A stretch of 64,000 bases of DNA from Candidatus Multivoradales bacterium (GCA_965223855.1 CBDCXM010000009.1:96001-160000); one strand, 5' to 3'; counted from the first letter of the stretch, positions 49,166-60,887 are shown. Made by a program: numbers and translations. Notes: generated by a model from the sequence alone, not told the origin.

Positions 49166-51737
49166 ATGTTCCGGGCCCTCATCTTCCTCCTCACCTGCGC
49201 GGCGCTCCTCCCGGAAGAAGAGGCTCTTGCAGGCAGTGCGTCGGTCCGAGCCCGTGTCTCGCTGGACGGAGACTCAGCCGTCGGAGCCAGGGTTCGAGTC
49301 CTCCGCTCGGAGCGGCTCGGGAAGCCGCTGGCGACTCTCGCGGAGTCGACCGTTGACTCGGAGGGCATCGTCAAACTCGAAATACCGGTTCCCGAGCGGC
49401 CATGGCCCAGGCGCGCGTCGGAGCAACCGTCTCTGGTGATCGAGTCACCAGGACTCCCTCCCAAGGTCCTGCCGATTCCCTTCCACAAGTTCGACAACAG
49501 CTACGACGCCTTCGGAACTCTTCACCTCGGGGAGATCTCGATCGACCGGGGTTGCGACCTGACAGGCAGGGTCCTGGCGAGGAGCCACTCCACGGCCCCC
49601 GCTTCCGGCAGCCCTCTTTCCGGCGCCCTCGTGGTGGTCTGGCTGGAGGGTTTCGACTCACCGTGGCGAGCGGTGACGGATGCTCAGGGGAGCTTCAAGA
49701 TGGACATGATGCCACCGGCGAAGTTCGTTGTCGGGCTCGCCCATGAGGACTTCGTTCCCCGGCGAACGTCGGTCGAGCACAACTGCCCGGAAGAAGCGCA
49801 GCAGGAGTTCGTGATCGACCGCGGACTGCAGTTGCAAGGAACGGTGCGCCACGAGGATGGTCGTCCAGCGGTTGGCGCATCGGTCGCATCGCTTCCCGTC
49901 GCCCCTCTTGGAGCACCCTTCGGCTGGCTCCCTCACCCCATCGCCGGGACTCACCAGGACGGTGCCTACACGGTGGGCGCCCGAGACGACGACGAGTGGA
50001 GCCTCTTCGCTGAGGCCGAAGGCACCCTGCGCAAGGGCACCCGCACGAGATCAGATCGCAACCTGAGCGAGATTGCCGATCTCGTACTCAAAGCGAAGCG
50101 TCGTGTCCGAGGGAAGGTCGAGGACGAGTCCTGGCCCGTCGAGGGGGCCCTTCTCGGATTCGCCCACCTCGATGACCAGGCCCCTCCAGTGAGGGCCGAG
50201 AGCGGGCCCGACGGAGCGTTCGACTCCGGAGCGTTGGCTGCGGGTCGGTACCTGGTCACGGTCGAGAGCGAGGAGCACGAGACCGTGCAGGTGGAGCTGG
50301 ACCTGTCGGCCGATGCTCCCGCGACCCTGTACGCGAAACTTCGAACCGCCGGCACCGGTTCGATGGTCGTGCGGGTCGTCGACGACAACTCGGACCCGGT
50401 CGAGGGCGCCTCCGTGCTGGCGATGGACAACTTCGACCGTTGCACGACAGACCGCAGCGGAGAGTGTCAACTGGAAGGGATCCCTCTTGGAGAGGAGTTC
50501 TTCGTGATGACGGAGCACCCGGCTCACGACGCGGTCGTCCGCGCCTGCCAACTTCCCGCGGACCGCCAGGTGGAGATTCAATTCGAGGAGTCGAGCCGGG
50601 AAATGGTCCGTCTGCGAGGCTCCGTTCGGGGCGAGGATGGAGAACCGGTTGTGGGGGCCAGGGTCCGCCTCCACGAGCCCTACCGTCCCTCCGGCCCAAG
50701 GGTCCAGACCGTCACGGACAGCCGAGGCTCGTTTGTTCTGCCGCCGGTGCCGGAGGGCTTCTACGCGCTCAAGATCCATGCCCGTCAGATGGCGCCTTTC
50801 GGTAGGGGACTCAAGGTGCTCGAGTCGGAGTCGGAGCTCGAGGTCGTACTCTCGGTCGGAACACGCATCGAAGGCACTTTGGAGGGCGTCGAGGGACCCA
50901 TGCCGTCGGTCGTCACGATTCGGGCGATCGATGAACGCGGAGGCGAACCCGCACCCTGCAGCTCGGGGAGCTGGTTCGACTCCTTCCCCCCGTCGGCGCA
51001 AAGAGCCGGAACCGACCCGAGCATCGCCAATGCCGAGCTTGTACAGGGGCGGTACCGGTTCGAACACGTCCCGCCAGGCGACTGGCAGATTCTGGCTGTG
51101 ACAGCCGACCACACATGGTCCACGGTCGCCCGCATAGCGGAGGGTGAGCGCGAGACCTGGCTGCCGATCGAAGGCCTTCCTCGCTCGATGTGTCCGGACC
51201 CCAACGACACCGTCGCAGCGCAGGCCAACGAATCACTGGTCTTTCGCCTCGAAGCTCACGACAAGGCCTACCTGGGAGACTATTTCCACTTCGTGCTCAA
51301 GGACCCCGGCACGGGAGAGTCCTATGGCTTCGACGATTACTACGATGCTGGGGAGGTGGCTGAATGGACAGGCCTCCCACGCGGCGAAGGCCTGGAAGCT
51401 GACCGTCTTCACGACCAGGTTTCATCACACCTGGACCCTTGATCTCCCCTCCCCGCCGCGGACCTTCGTCATACCCCCAGCAGGGAACCTGACCCTCGAC
51501 GTGCTCGACTTGGCGCCCGGCAACAGGCAAAGCGATCTCCTGCTCGAGGAACTGAGAGTGGCGCTCGTGCCCCTCTTCGAGCCGGCACCGAAGCCTGTTC
51601 TGGCATCGGGCCAACTCACCTTCGGTGGCCTCCAACCCGGGTTGTGGCGGGTAGAACTCTCAAGTCCCGAGAGGTCGTGGACACCGGTCCTCGTGGAGAT
51701 CCACGATCGCGCCAGTCGGCGTGTCCTGTTTCGCTGA
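49166..51737 (+). CDS. Secreted multi-repeat carboxypeptidase-regulatory-like (Cna-B) protein; apparent frameshift near 51389
   Basis: Signal peptide; repeated G.V...G.PV.GA.V modules; the protein-like C-terminus continues in ORF 51144-51737. Confidence 0.65.
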
Positions 51738-51772
51738 CTCAACCAGATCCTCCCCGCTGCTAGCCTCACCCG

Positions 51773-52630
51773 ATGGCGAGCGACGCACATCAGAGTCTGC
51801 AGGTCTGGCCCGCCTGCCCCGTGTGCGCCGGCGACAGAAGGGTGTCGTGGGTGGAGCATGAGGACTTCACCTTCGTCCGCTGCACCTGCGGCCTGGTCTA
51901 CAAGAGCCGCGACGTTCGTGTCGAAGAGGCCCAGCCAGCCACTTTGTGGAACGAGCGTTACCTGCGGCGTCGCAGCCACCGGGTCGCCAAGGCCCGGCGC
52001 CAGCTGCTCGACCTGCTGAACCACGTCGAGCCGGGGCCCTTGCTCGAGGTGGGCTGCTCCCTCGGTCACACACTCGAGGCAGCCCGCCGGCTCGGTCTTC
52101 CGGCTACGGGGATCGACCTCAACCCGGAGGTCATCGAGTTGTGCCGCGAGAAGGGGCTCGACGCACAGGTCGCCGACCTCGACCAACCCCTCCCGTTCGC
52201 GGACGGGAGTTTCAGGATGGTCGTCCTCAAGCACGTGCTCGAGCACGTCCCGAACCCCCGGCCGGCGCTCGCCGAGGTGCGCCGGGTGCTCGAGCCGGAC
52301 GGCGCCGTCTTCATCGCCCTGCCCAACCTCGCGTTCTGGCGCGCCCGGAGCAACCCGGGGCACGTCTTCTTCGGCGCCGGGGGCGTTCAGCACTACGTCT
52401 ATTACGAGCCCGACCACGCGGCTCGCCTCGTCCGGGAAGAGGGCTTCGAGGTGCTCCGGTTGGACCCGCACCTCTATCAGCGCTCGGCCCCGCTCGGAGA
52501 ACGCGTCGCGCAGATCGCGGCTCTGCCGCTGCGTGCCCTCGGCGCCCATCTGCGCAGCCGGCTCGGCCTGCGTCAGGAGTTCTGGCTGATCGCACGCCGT
52601 ATATCGTTTGTTGATCGACACTTAGATTGA
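51773..52630 (+). CDS. Class I SAM-dependent methyltransferase with N-terminal Zn-ribbon
   Basis: CPVC..CTCG, LLEVGCSLG, HVLEHVPNP, LEPDG. Confidence 0.85.
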   Translation: MASDAHQSLQVWPACPVCAGDRRVSWVEHEDFTFVRCTCGLVYKSRDVRVEEAQPATLWNERYLRRRSHRVAKARRQLLDLLNHVEPGPLLEVGCSLGHTLEAARRLGLPATGIDLNPEVIELCREKGLDAQVADLDQPLPFADGSFRMVVLKHVLEHVPNPRPALAEVRRVLEPDGAVFIALPNLAFWRARSNPGHVFFGAGGVQHYVYYEPDHAARLVREEGFEVLRLDPHLYQRSAPLGERVAQIAALPLRALGAHLRSRLGLRQEFWLIARRISFVDRHLD

Positions 52631-52656
52631 CGACTCCGCTTCCGCGGGCGTAGACT
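52627..52656 (+). promoter_or_regulatory. Putative sigma-70 promoter of pilB
   Basis: TTGACG-N18-TAGACT, ending 8 nt before ATG 52665. Confidence 0.55.
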
Positions 52657-52664
52657 GCGGCGTC

Positions 52665-54422
52665 ATGACGACGAGTCCGACGACGGGCGAGAAGGGAGCG
52701 AACCGGCTGGGCGACCTGCTGGTCGGTGCCGGGAAGATCTCCGCCGAGCAGTTGCAGCAGGCGCTCGAGTCCCAGCGCGACGAGGGGGGGCGGCTCGGCA
52801 CGCACCTCGTGCGGCTCGGTTTCATGTCGGACCCGCAGCTGGTCGAGTTCCTGGCGGATCGCTACGGCGTGCCGGCGGTCGACCTGACCGACCTCGAGAT
52901 CGACGAGGCGGTGATCCAGCTCGTGCCTGCCGAAGTCGCCCGAAAGTACACGGTGCTGCCGGTGGCGAAGACGGGCGCGAAGCTCACGATCGCCATGGCG
53001 GACCCGACGAACGTGTTCGCCATGGACGACATCAAGTTCATGACCGGCTACACGGTCGAGCCGGTGGTCGCTTCCGACACCGCGCTGCGCGAGGCGATCG
53101 ACGAATACCACGGCTCGACCCACGCGATCGAGCTGCGCAAGGTGATGGAGGACATCGCCGAAGCGGACGACGCCGACCTCGAGGTTCTCGACGAAGACGA
53201 GGACATCGACCTCCAGGAGCTGACCCAGCAGTCGGAGGAGGCACCGGTCGTCCGGCTGGTGAACATCATCCTCACCGACGCGATCAAGCGCGGCGCCTCC
53301 GACATCCACATCGAGACCTACGAGAAGCAGTACCGGGTGCGCTACCGCATCGACGGCGTCCTCTACGAAATGATGCGCCCGCCGATGAAGCTCAAGGAGG
53401 CGATCGCCAGCCGCCTCAAGATCATGGCGAAACTCGACATCGCCGAGAAGCGCCTCCCGCAGGACGGCCGCATCAAGATCAAGACCCGCGGCTCCGGCAA
53501 GGTGAAGGACCTCGACTTCCGCGTCTCGAGCCTGCCGACGATCTTCGGCGAGAAGATCGTCATGCGTCTGCTCGACAAAGACAAGCTGATGCTCGACATG
53601 ACGAAGCTCGGCTTCGAGCCCGACCCGCTGCGACGCTTCGAGCAGGCGATCTTCCGGCCCTACGGCATGGTGCTCGTCACCGGCCCGACCGGTTCCGGTA
53701 AGACGAACACGCTCTACTCGGCGCTGTCGCGCATCAATTCGCCCGAGACCAACATCATGACTGCCGAGGATCCGGTCGAGTTCAATCTCGAGGGGATCAA
53801 CCAGGTGCAGATCAAGGAGCAGATCGGGCTCAACTTCGCGGCGGCGATGCGATCGTTCCTGCGCCAGGACCCGAACATCATCCTCGTCGGTGAGATTCGC
53901 GACTTCGAGACGGCCGAGGTGGCGATCAAGGCCGCCATGACCGGTCACCTCGTGCTCTCGACCCTTCACACCAACGACGCCCCCTCGTCGGTCAACCGGC
54001 TGATGAACATGGGTGTCGAGCCGTTTCTCGTCGCGAGTTCGGTTCATCTCGTCGTCGCCCAGCGCCTGGTTCGCCAGATCTGCTCCGGCTGCAAAGAAGC
54101 GATCAAAGTGCCGCCGCAGAGCCTCGTCAACCTCGGTTTCGCACCCGACGAAGCGCAGTCGATGCAGCTCTTCAAGGGGCGCGGCTGCGAGCGTTGCTCG
54201 ACGACCGGCTACAAGGGGCGGATCGGCCTCTTCGAGGTGATGGAGGTCGACGACGAGATCCGCGACCTCGTCCTCTCCGGCGCCAGCGCCTACGAGCTGC
54301 GCGAGAAGGCGCTCGCCAACGAGATGATCTCGCTCCGGCAGAGCGGCCTGCAGAAGATCCGCGACGGCGTCACGACGATCGAAGAGGTCGTGCGCGAGAC
54401 CGTCGCCGACCAGACCTTCTGA
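52665..54422 (+). CDS. pilB: Type IV pilus assembly ATPase PilB with MshEN-type N-terminus
   Basis: ASDIHIE, EKRLPQDGR, GPTGSGKT, AEDPVE, LRQDP, GEIRD, TGHLVLSTLHTN, CxxC...CxxC. Confidence 0.93.
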   Translation: MTTSPTTGEKGANRLGDLLVGAGKISAEQLQQALESQRDEGGRLGTHLVRLGFMSDPQLVEFLADRYGVPAVDLTDLEIDEAVIQLVPAEVARKYTVLPVAKTGAKLTIAMADPTNVFAMDDIKFMTGYTVEPVVASDTALREAIDEYHGSTHAIELRKVMEDIAEADDADLEVLDEDEDIDLQELTQQSEEAPVVRLVNIILTDAIKRGASDIHIETYEKQYRVRYRIDGVLYEMMRPPMKLKEAIASRLKIMAKLDIAEKRLPQDGRIKIKTRGSGKVKDLDFRVSSLPTIFGEKIVMRLLDKDKLMLDMTKLGFEPDPLRRFEQAIFRPYGMVLVTGPTGSGKTNTLYSALSRINSPETNIMTAEDPVEFNLEGINQVQIKEQIGLNFAAAMRSFLRQDPNIILVGEIRDFETAEVAIKAAMTGHLVLSTLHTNDAPSSVNRLMNMGVEPFLVASSVHLVVAQRLVRQICSGCKEAIKVPPQSLVNLGFAPDEAQSMQLFKGRGCERCSTTGYKGRIGLFEVMEVDDEIRDLVLSGASAYELREKALANEMISLRQSGLQKIRDGVTTIEEVVRETVADQTF

Positions 54423-54462
54423 CTCCGGCTCGCCCGGCAGGAGCTGAGTCGCCGAGCCGGAC

Positions 54463-55026
54463 TCAGGCCCGGCTGTCCCAGAGGACGTCGTCCCGGCCGG
54501 AGCGGGCGTTCTGCGCCCGTGCCATGACGAACAGCAGGTCGGAGAGCCGGTTCAGGTAGCGCAGGGCGTGCTCGTTGATCGCCTCGGCGCGTCCGAGGGT
54601 GACGACGCAACGCTCGGCGCGCCGGCAGATCGTCCTCGCGAGGTGGAGCGCCGCCGCCCCTGTGCTCCCGCCGGGAATGATGAAGTTCTCGAGCGGCGGC
54701 AGTTCCTCGCTCAGGGTGTCGATCTCCGCCTCGAGCGCCTCGACATGCCGGGTCTCGATGCGCGGCACCGGCATGCTCTCCTTGTCCTCCTCGAGGATGC
54801 ACAGGTCGGAACCGAGATGGAAGAGCTCGTTCTGAATGCGCGCGAGGCTCGCCGCCAGTTGCTCGTCCAGCTCGCCGGCCACCGCGACACCGAGCGCCGA
54901 GTTGAGCTCGTCTACGGTGCCGTAGGCATCGATCCTCACCGCGTCCTTGTCGACTCTCTGGCCGCCGCCGAGCGCCGTCGTGCCGTCGTCACCGGTGCGG
55001 GTGTAGACCTTGGTGATTCGTGGCAT
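54463..55026 (-). CDS. pduO: PduO-type cob(I)alamin adenosyltransferase
   Basis: [42 protein letters not shown]. Confidence 0.93.
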   Translation of the reverse strand: MPRITKVYTRTGDDGTTALGGGQRVDKDAVRIDAYGTVDELNSALGVAVAGELDEQLAASLARIQNELFHLGSDLCILEEDKESMPVPRIETRHVEALEAEIDTLSEELPPLENFIIPGGSTGAAALHLARTICRRAERCVVTLGRAEAINEHALRYLNRLSDLLFVMARAQNARSGRDDVLWDSRA

Positions 55027-55079
55027 GGCGGGGGCGCCGGAGGGAGAAGCGCGGGCGGGTAGACTCGGCAGTCTAACGC

Positions 55080-56840
55080 ATGGCCGCTGCGACCGATGAG
55101 ACGGCGAGGGCCGTCTTCTACGACCCGGGATCGGACCACTGGTGGGTCTTCGGCACCGCTGTCAGCGTCCGCTGGGTCCACTCGCCCGACGAGGTCGTGC
55201 CGACGCTCGAAGAGGCGACGGAGGCGTCGAGCGAAGGGCTGTGGAGTTTCGGCTACCTCGCCTACGAGGCGGCACCGGGATTCGATCCGAAGCTCGAAGT
55301 CCGACCGACCGGCGAGCCGCTGGGCTGGTGGGCGACCTGCCCTCCCCCACGAGCCGTGAGGGACGACGACCTGCCGGCTCCCGGGTCGTTCGTGCTCGGC
55401 TCCCCTCACGCCACCCTCTCGGCCGTAGAGCACGCAAGAGGAGTCGGCCGGATTCACGAGGCGATCGCACGAGGGGACACCTACCAGGTCAACTACACCC
55501 ATCACCTCGAAGCGCCCTTCCGCGGCAGCGCCTGGGGCCTCTTCCGGCGGCTGTGGCGCAATCAGCGCGCTCCCTACTCCGCATGGCTCGAGAACGACCG
55601 CCAGGTCGTGTGCTCCGCCTCGCCTGAGCTGTTCTTCGAACTCGACGGCGATCGGCTGTGGAGTCGCCCGATGAAGGGGACGGCGCCTCGAGGGCTCTAC
55701 ACCGGGGACGACCGCCGGGTCGCCGAGGCCCTCGCCGCGTCCCCCAAGGACTCCGCGGAGAACATCATGATCGTCGACATGATCCGCAACGACCTGGGGC
55801 GGGTCGCAAAGCCGGGCTCGGTGGAGGTGCGGTCACTCCTCGACGTCGAGTGTTACCCGTCGGTGTTCCAGCTGACCTCCACGGTCGAGGCCGAGACGGC
55901 GGCCTCGGTTGCCGAGATCTTCCGCGCACTCTTCCCGTGCGCCTCGATCACCGGCGCCCCGAAGCGACGCACGATGGAACTGATCGCCGACTTCGAACAG
56001 AGGCCCCGGGGCCTCTACACCGGAGCCATCGGTTGGATCGCACCCGAGCGCAGGGCGAGGTTCAGCGTCGCCATCCGCACGGCGGTCATCGACCGCGCCG
56101 CCTCGACCCTGAAATTCGGCACCGGCGGCGGCATCGTCTGGGACTCCCGGCCGGCCGCCGAGTACCAGGAGTGCCTCGACAAGACGGTCGTCCTCACCCA
56201 CGAGCCGCGATCCTTCTCGCTCGTCGAGACGATGCGCTGGGAGCCGGAGAGGGGATACCGGCGGCTCGACCGTCATCTCGATCGCTTGCGAGATTCGGCG
56301 GGCTACTTCGACATTCCACTCGACGTTGCCGGCGTCACTTCGGTACTGCACGAGGCGTCCGGGACCTGGAAGGGACCGCAACGGGTCCGTCTCACCATCG
56401 ATCTCGCCGGGACTCCGGCGCTCGAGGCGTCGGACTTCTCTCCCCGGCCGGTGCCGTGGAGCCTGGCGCTGGCCGGTTCACCGGTCGACCGGGGATCGCG
56501 CTGGCTCTACCACAAGACGACCCGGCGCGAGACCTACACCGCCGCAGCGGCCGAGCACCCCGACGCCGATGACGTCGTCCTGTGGAACGACGACTCCGAG
56601 CTCACCGAGACCACGGTCGGCAATCTCTTCCTGGAGCTCGAGGACGGCTTGTGGACCCCACCGGTCGAGTGCGGCCTCCTGGCCGGAACGATGCGGGCGC
56701 AACTGCTCGACAACGGCACGGCGCAGGAACGGGTCCTCGGAGTCGCCGATCTCGCCCGCGCACGCGCGATCTGGGTCACCAACTCGGTCCAGGGTCGAGT
56801 GCCGGCGCAGCTCGTCCCCGGTTCCGCGCTCACGTTGTAG
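55080..56840 (+). CDS. pabB: Aminodeoxychorismate synthase component I fused to class IV aminotransferase/ADC lyase (PabB-PabC)
   Basis: [44 protein letters not shown]; then ETMRW, HKTT, GLLAGT, NSVQG. Confidence 0.9.
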   Translation: MAAATDETARAVFYDPGSDHWWVFGTAVSVRWVHSPDEVVPTLEEATEASSEGLWSFGYLAYEAAPGFDPKLEVRPTGEPLGWWATCPPPRAVRDDDLPAPGSFVLGSPHATLSAVEHARGVGRIHEAIARGDTYQVNYTHHLEAPFRGSAWGLFRRLWRNQRAPYSAWLENDRQVVCSASPELFFELDGDRLWSRPMKGTAPRGLYTGDDRRVAEALAASPKDSAENIMIVDMIRNDLGRVAKPGSVEVRSLLDVECYPSVFQLTSTVEAETAASVAEIFRALFPCASITGAPKRRTMELIADFEQRPRGLYTGAIGWIAPERRARFSVAIRTAVIDRAASTLKFGTGGGIVWDSRPAAEYQECLDKTVVLTHEPRSFSLVETMRWEPERGYRRLDRHLDRLRDSAGYFDIPLDVAGVTSVLHEASGTWKGPQRVRLTIDLAGTPALEASDFSPRPVPWSLALAGSPVDRGSRWLYHKTTRRETYTAAAAEHPDADDVVLWNDDSELTETTVGNLFLELEDGLWTPPVECGLLAGTMRAQLLDNGTAQERVLGVADLARARAIWVTNSVQGRVPAQLVPGSALTL

Positions 56841-56945
56841 CGCCCGCCTCGGCGCCGCCCTCTTCCCGGGAACCGACCTCCTGTCGGGCGGTCGCGATTC
56901 GCGATCCCGGCCCGATGACCCGGTCCGAGAGCCCCATCCGTGGAT

Positions 56946-59189
56946 TCACTCCGAAGCGGCGGACTCCGCGGCCGACGAATCGCTCGCGGCGTCGGCCGTC
57001 ATCGAGAAGGTGTCGGGCCCGACCTCCGGGTTCCACTCCGCGCTCTCCACCTCACTCTCGAGGTAGGGAGATCCCTCGAAGGTCGCTTCGACCCGGAACG
57101 GCAACAGCACACCCCCGACGGGACGGTAGTCGGAGTAGTTCTGCAGCACCTCGCCGCTCCGGCCCTGGAAGTCGCTGCCCTCGAAGGCGATGGCGACGAT
57201 CCTGCCGTCGGCATCCAGGTGGAGCCGGAACTCCTCTCCGGCCGCAGTGACCGCCACTCGAGCGCCGGGCTCCTCCTCCCCTCCTTCGAGCTCGCTCGCC
57301 GTCACCCGTCCTTCGGCCGCCAGACGCAGCAGCACCGGCAGCGTGCGGGGAAGGCCGCCGATGACGTTGGCCCACTGGCGGCCTTCGAGTCGCCGCTTCC
57401 CTTCAGGGGTCTCGACCCAGGCGCCCTCACGGTTGGCGATGGTGGTCATGACCCCGGAAGGCAGTGTCACCAGCTGACGCAGCGCGCCCGGAAAGGCGAC
57501 CCACTGGTCGATCGCGACCTCGATCTCGCCACCGGCCGTCGTCGCCCGCGCCTCGGCCCGTTGCCGGATGCTCTCGAAGGCAAGGATCACCTCTTCTCCG
57601 CCATGCGCTTCCACCGACCGGCCGAGCCACTCCATCCCCTTGCCGGCCGCCTCCGTCGTGGCGGCTACGGCAGCTTCGTCGAGCGGAGGGATCGTGATGT
57701 CGATTTCGGTGACCTCCCCGAAGTCGCTCAGGGGACGGTCGCGACCCTCGGCCGGGCCGACGACCAGGATCGTAAACGCCTCTGGATCGATGTACTTGCG
57801 GGCCACCTCGGCAACCTGCTCGGTCGTCACCGCCTCGATCCCCGGCACGTACTGCTCGAGTCGGTCGAGCGGATAGCCGAAGTACTCGTAGAGAAGCTGG
57901 CGACCGAGAATCTCGCCGGAGGAGTCCGACGCGAAGACGAACGAGTTCAGAAGATTCCGCTTCGCCTGCTCGACCTCCTCCTCGGTCGGCGGCTCCTCGT
58001 CGAGGACCTTGCGCGCCTCCGTCAGCAGCGACTCGATTGCCGCGCCGGTCGTCTCGGTCTTCGTGCTCGTGAAGAGCTGCAGGACGCCGTCGCGATCCCA
58101 GTCGCTGCCGATCCGGCCGCTGACGGTGTAGGCGAGGCCCTGATCGGAACGGATTCTCGAGAGCAGGCGCGACGTGAAACCGCCGGAGAACATCTCGTTG
58201 AAGACCTCGATGGCGTAGAAATCGGGGTTGTCCTTGCGGACACCGGGATGCCCCATGAGGATGTTCGACTGCGCGACGTCGTTCTTCTCGACCCAGAAGA
58301 CGCCGGGCGTCGGCTCCTCCCGGTAGCCTCCCTCGAAGGGGGGCTCGGGGGGCCGGCCCGGCCAGTCCCCGAAGGCGCTCGTCATGAGGTCGATCATCTC
58401 CGGAGTCTCGAAGTCGCCGACAACGCCGACGATCATGTTGCCGGGATGGAAGTAGCGCTCGTGGAAGGCGATCAGGTCGCTCCGGGTGAGCGAGGCGATG
58501 CTGGTGAACGTCTCGGCCTGGGTGTAGGCCGAGTCGGCGCCACGCACGACTCGCGCGAACTCGCGGCTCATGATGCCGGTCGGATTGTCGTTCTGGCGGG
58601 CGATTCCGGCGTTGATCCGGTTCTTCGCCACCGCGATCTCGCTCGCGTCGAACGCCGGATTGCGCAGCACGTCGACGAGCATCTCCAGCACGTCGGCGAA
58701 GTCTTCGGCCAGCGCCCTCGCCGAGGCGCTGCCGGAATCGATCCCGATACCGGTCTCGACGCTCGCCGCCCGGTTCTCGAGGAAGCGATCGATCTCGGGG
58801 CCGGTACGGCTGGTCGTCCCACCGGTGCGCAGGACGGCTCCGGTCAGCGTCGCCAGACCCGCCTTTCCGGCCGGCTCGAGCCGACCGCCCGTGCGAACCC
58901 GGACGAAGGCATCGATCAGCGGAAGCTCGTGGTCCTCGACGAGGATCAGCACCAGGCCGTTCGGAAGCTCGACCCGGGTCGGCTCCGGAACCTCGAATTC
59001 GTTCTGGGGCGGATAGCTCAGCTCTTCGAGTGTCGGAATCGGCGGCGCTTCGGCGCGGGAAGACGCGGCCTGAGGAGCGGCCTGGGCGCCGACCGAGGCA
59101 CCGAGAATCAGCGCGGCGGCACAGGCCGCCAGACGGCGACCCGGCTCGACTGCGGCGTGCAACGGAGAACGGCTCTTTCGATCTCGCAT
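56946..59189 (-). CDS. M16 peptidase-like subunit (no HxxEH) with C-terminal extension
   Basis: LPNGL..EDHELP, SRLLSRIRSDQGLAY, signal peptide. Confidence 0.85.
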   Translation of the reverse strand: MRDRKSRSPLHAAVEPGRRLAACAAALILGASVGAQAAPQAASSRAEAPPIPTLEELSYPPQNEFEVPEPTRVELPNGLVLILVEDHELPLIDAFVRVRTGGRLEPAGKAGLATLTGAVLRTGGTTSRTGPEIDRFLENRAASVETGIGIDSGSASARALAEDFADVLEMLVDVLRNPAFDASEIAVAKNRINAGIARQNDNPTGIMSREFARVVRGADSAYTQAETFTSIASLTRSDLIAFHERYFHPGNMIVGVVGDFETPEMIDLMTSAFGDWPGRPPEPPFEGGYREEPTPGVFWVEKNDVAQSNILMGHPGVRKDNPDFYAIEVFNEMFSGGFTSRLLSRIRSDQGLAYTVSGRIGSDWDRDGVLQLFTSTKTETTGAAIESLLTEARKVLDEEPPTEEEVEQAKRNLLNSFVFASDSSGEILGRQLLYEYFGYPLDRLEQYVPGIEAVTTEQVAEVARKYIDPEAFTILVVGPAEGRDRPLSDFGEVTEIDITIPPLDEAAVAATTEAAGKGMEWLGRSVEAHGGEEVILAFESIRQRAEARATTAGGEIEVAIDQWVAFPGALRQLVTLPSGVMTTIANREGAWVETPEGKRRLEGRQWANVIGGLPRTLPVLLRLAAEGRVTASELEGGEEEPGARVAVTAAGEEFRLHLDADGRIVAIAFEGSDFQGRSGEVLQNYSDYRPVGGVLLPFRVEATFEGSPYLESEVESAEWNPEVGPDTFSMTADAASDSSAAESAASE

Positions 59190-59193
59190 GTCC

Positions 59194-60717
59194 CTACTCC
59201 CCGGCTTCCTGCGACGTCTCGGTGACGATCATGCCGACGGTTCGGTTGCCGGCGACGAGCGTCTCGCTCGTCACCCTGCGGATGTCCTCCTTGGTCACGG
59301 CGTCGATCCTCTCGATCGAACGGAACAGCTCTCGCCAGTCGCCGTAGAGGGTCTGGAACTGCACGAGGCTGTCCGCCAGCCCCGAGTTGCTGCGCAGCGA
59401 CCGCAGCAGGCCGGCCTTCGCCCGCGCCTTGAATCGGTCGAGCTCCTCGTCGGTCACGTCCTCGCTCTTCATCCGCTCGATCTCCTCACGGATGGCCGCC
59501 TGGACCTCCTCGTTGGAACTCTCGGGGCTCGGGAACGCCCACGCGAGCCACAGCGTCGGGTACTTGCTGCCGGGAAGCTGGGAGAAGGACCCGGCGTTCG
59601 CGGCGATGCGGCGGTCGCGCACGAGCGAGCGGTAGAGCCTCGAGGTGCGGCCGCTCGAGAGGATGTCGTCGACCGCATCCCACACCGCCTGGTCCGGGTG
59701 AGTCCGCGCAGGGATGTGGTAGCCCTCGATGTACACAGGCTGCGACGGATCCTCGAGGGTGACGATCTTCTCGGCAATCTGCGGCGGCTCCTCGGTGCGG
59801 AGCGGCTCCGGCAGCGGCCCGGCAGGAATCCGCCCGAAGTAGCGCTCGAGCATCGGCACGAGCGTCTCGGTGTCAATGTCACCGACGATCGCGGTAACCA
59901 TGTTGGCCGGCACGTAGTACTTCTCGTAAAAGGCGCGCGCGTCGGCGATGGTGATCGACTGGAGGTCGCTCATGTAGCCGACGACGGGCTGCTTGTAGGG
60001 ATGAGCGACGAACGCCGTCGACTGGAACTGCTCGAGCAGGCGGCCGATCGGTTGGCTCTCGGTGCGCATCCGCCGTTCCTCCTGAACGACGTCGCGCTCC
60101 ATGTAGAACTCGCGGAACACCGGGTTGAGGAAGCGGTCCGACTCGAGCCAGCAGAACAGCTCGATCTTGTTGGCCGGCAGGGAGTAGATGTAGCCGGTGA
60201 AATCGGTGTCGGTGAAAGCGTTGATCCCGACGCCGCCCTCGCTCGAAAGCACCCTGTCGAACTCACCGGAGATGACGAACTCGCGGGCCTCTTGCTGCAG
60301 TTCCCGGAACGCCTCCTCGAGCTCGGCGAGTCGATCTTCGTCGGGGGCCTGTGAGAGACGCTCCGCCTGCAAAGCCTCGTAGGCGGCCTCCATGCGATCG
60401 AGAGCCTCCTGCTCGGCTTCGTAGTCGGTCGAGCCGAAGTTCGTGGTTCCCTTGAACGCCATGTGCTCGAACATGTGCGCGATCCCCGTGATCCCGGGGA
60501 CCTCCTGAGCCGAGCCGACGTTCACCAGGGTCTGGAACGAGAACACGGGAGCGACTGATCTCTCGACCAGCACGAACGTCCACCCGTTCTCCAGACGGTG
60601 CACCGTGGTGCGACTCTCGAACTCCTCGAGATCCTGCGCCCCCAGACCGAGGCTCGACACGATGCCGACGGCGCACCACACCGCGGCGACAGACCACTGC
60701 CTACGCTTTCGTCCCAC
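59194..60717 (-). CDS. M16 zinc metallopeptidase, catalytic subunit
   Basis: GIAHMFEHMAFKGT, NAFT, ERDVVQEERR, HPY, SRLYRSLV. Confidence 0.9.
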   Translation of the reverse strand: MGRKRRQWSVAAVWCAVGIVSSLGLGAQDLEEFESRTTVHRLENGWTFVLVERSVAPVFSFQTLVNVGSAQEVPGITGIAHMFEHMAFKGTTNFGSTDYEAEQEALDRMEAAYEALQAERLSQAPDEDRLAELEEAFRELQQEAREFVISGEFDRVLSSEGGVGINAFTDTDFTGYIYSLPANKIELFCWLESDRFLNPVFREFYMERDVVQEERRMRTESQPIGRLLEQFQSTAFVAHPYKQPVVGYMSDLQSITIADARAFYEKYYVPANMVTAIVGDIDTETLVPMLERYFGRIPAGPLPEPLRTEEPPQIAEKIVTLEDPSQPVYIEGYHIPARTHPDQAVWDAVDDILSSGRTSRLYRSLVRDRRIAANAGSFSQLPGSKYPTLWLAWAFPSPESSNEEVQAAIREEIERMKSEDVTDEELDRFKARAKAGLLRSLRSNSGLADSLVQFQTLYGDWRELFRSIERIDAVTKEDIRRVTSETLVAGNRTVGMIVTETSQEAGE

Positions 60718-60887
60718 TTCGACTCTCCCTTTCGTTCGTCACGGTACCCGCCGCGGGCCTGTCACACCCACGCGAGGCGGCGCTCGGGGCGCGCAGCATA
60801 GCAGTCAGGCAGCACCGATCGGGGGAGCGTGCGGTGGAGGTCGCCGCTGGCGCGTTCTCCACCCGCGCAACCCCAGGGAAGGATGAA

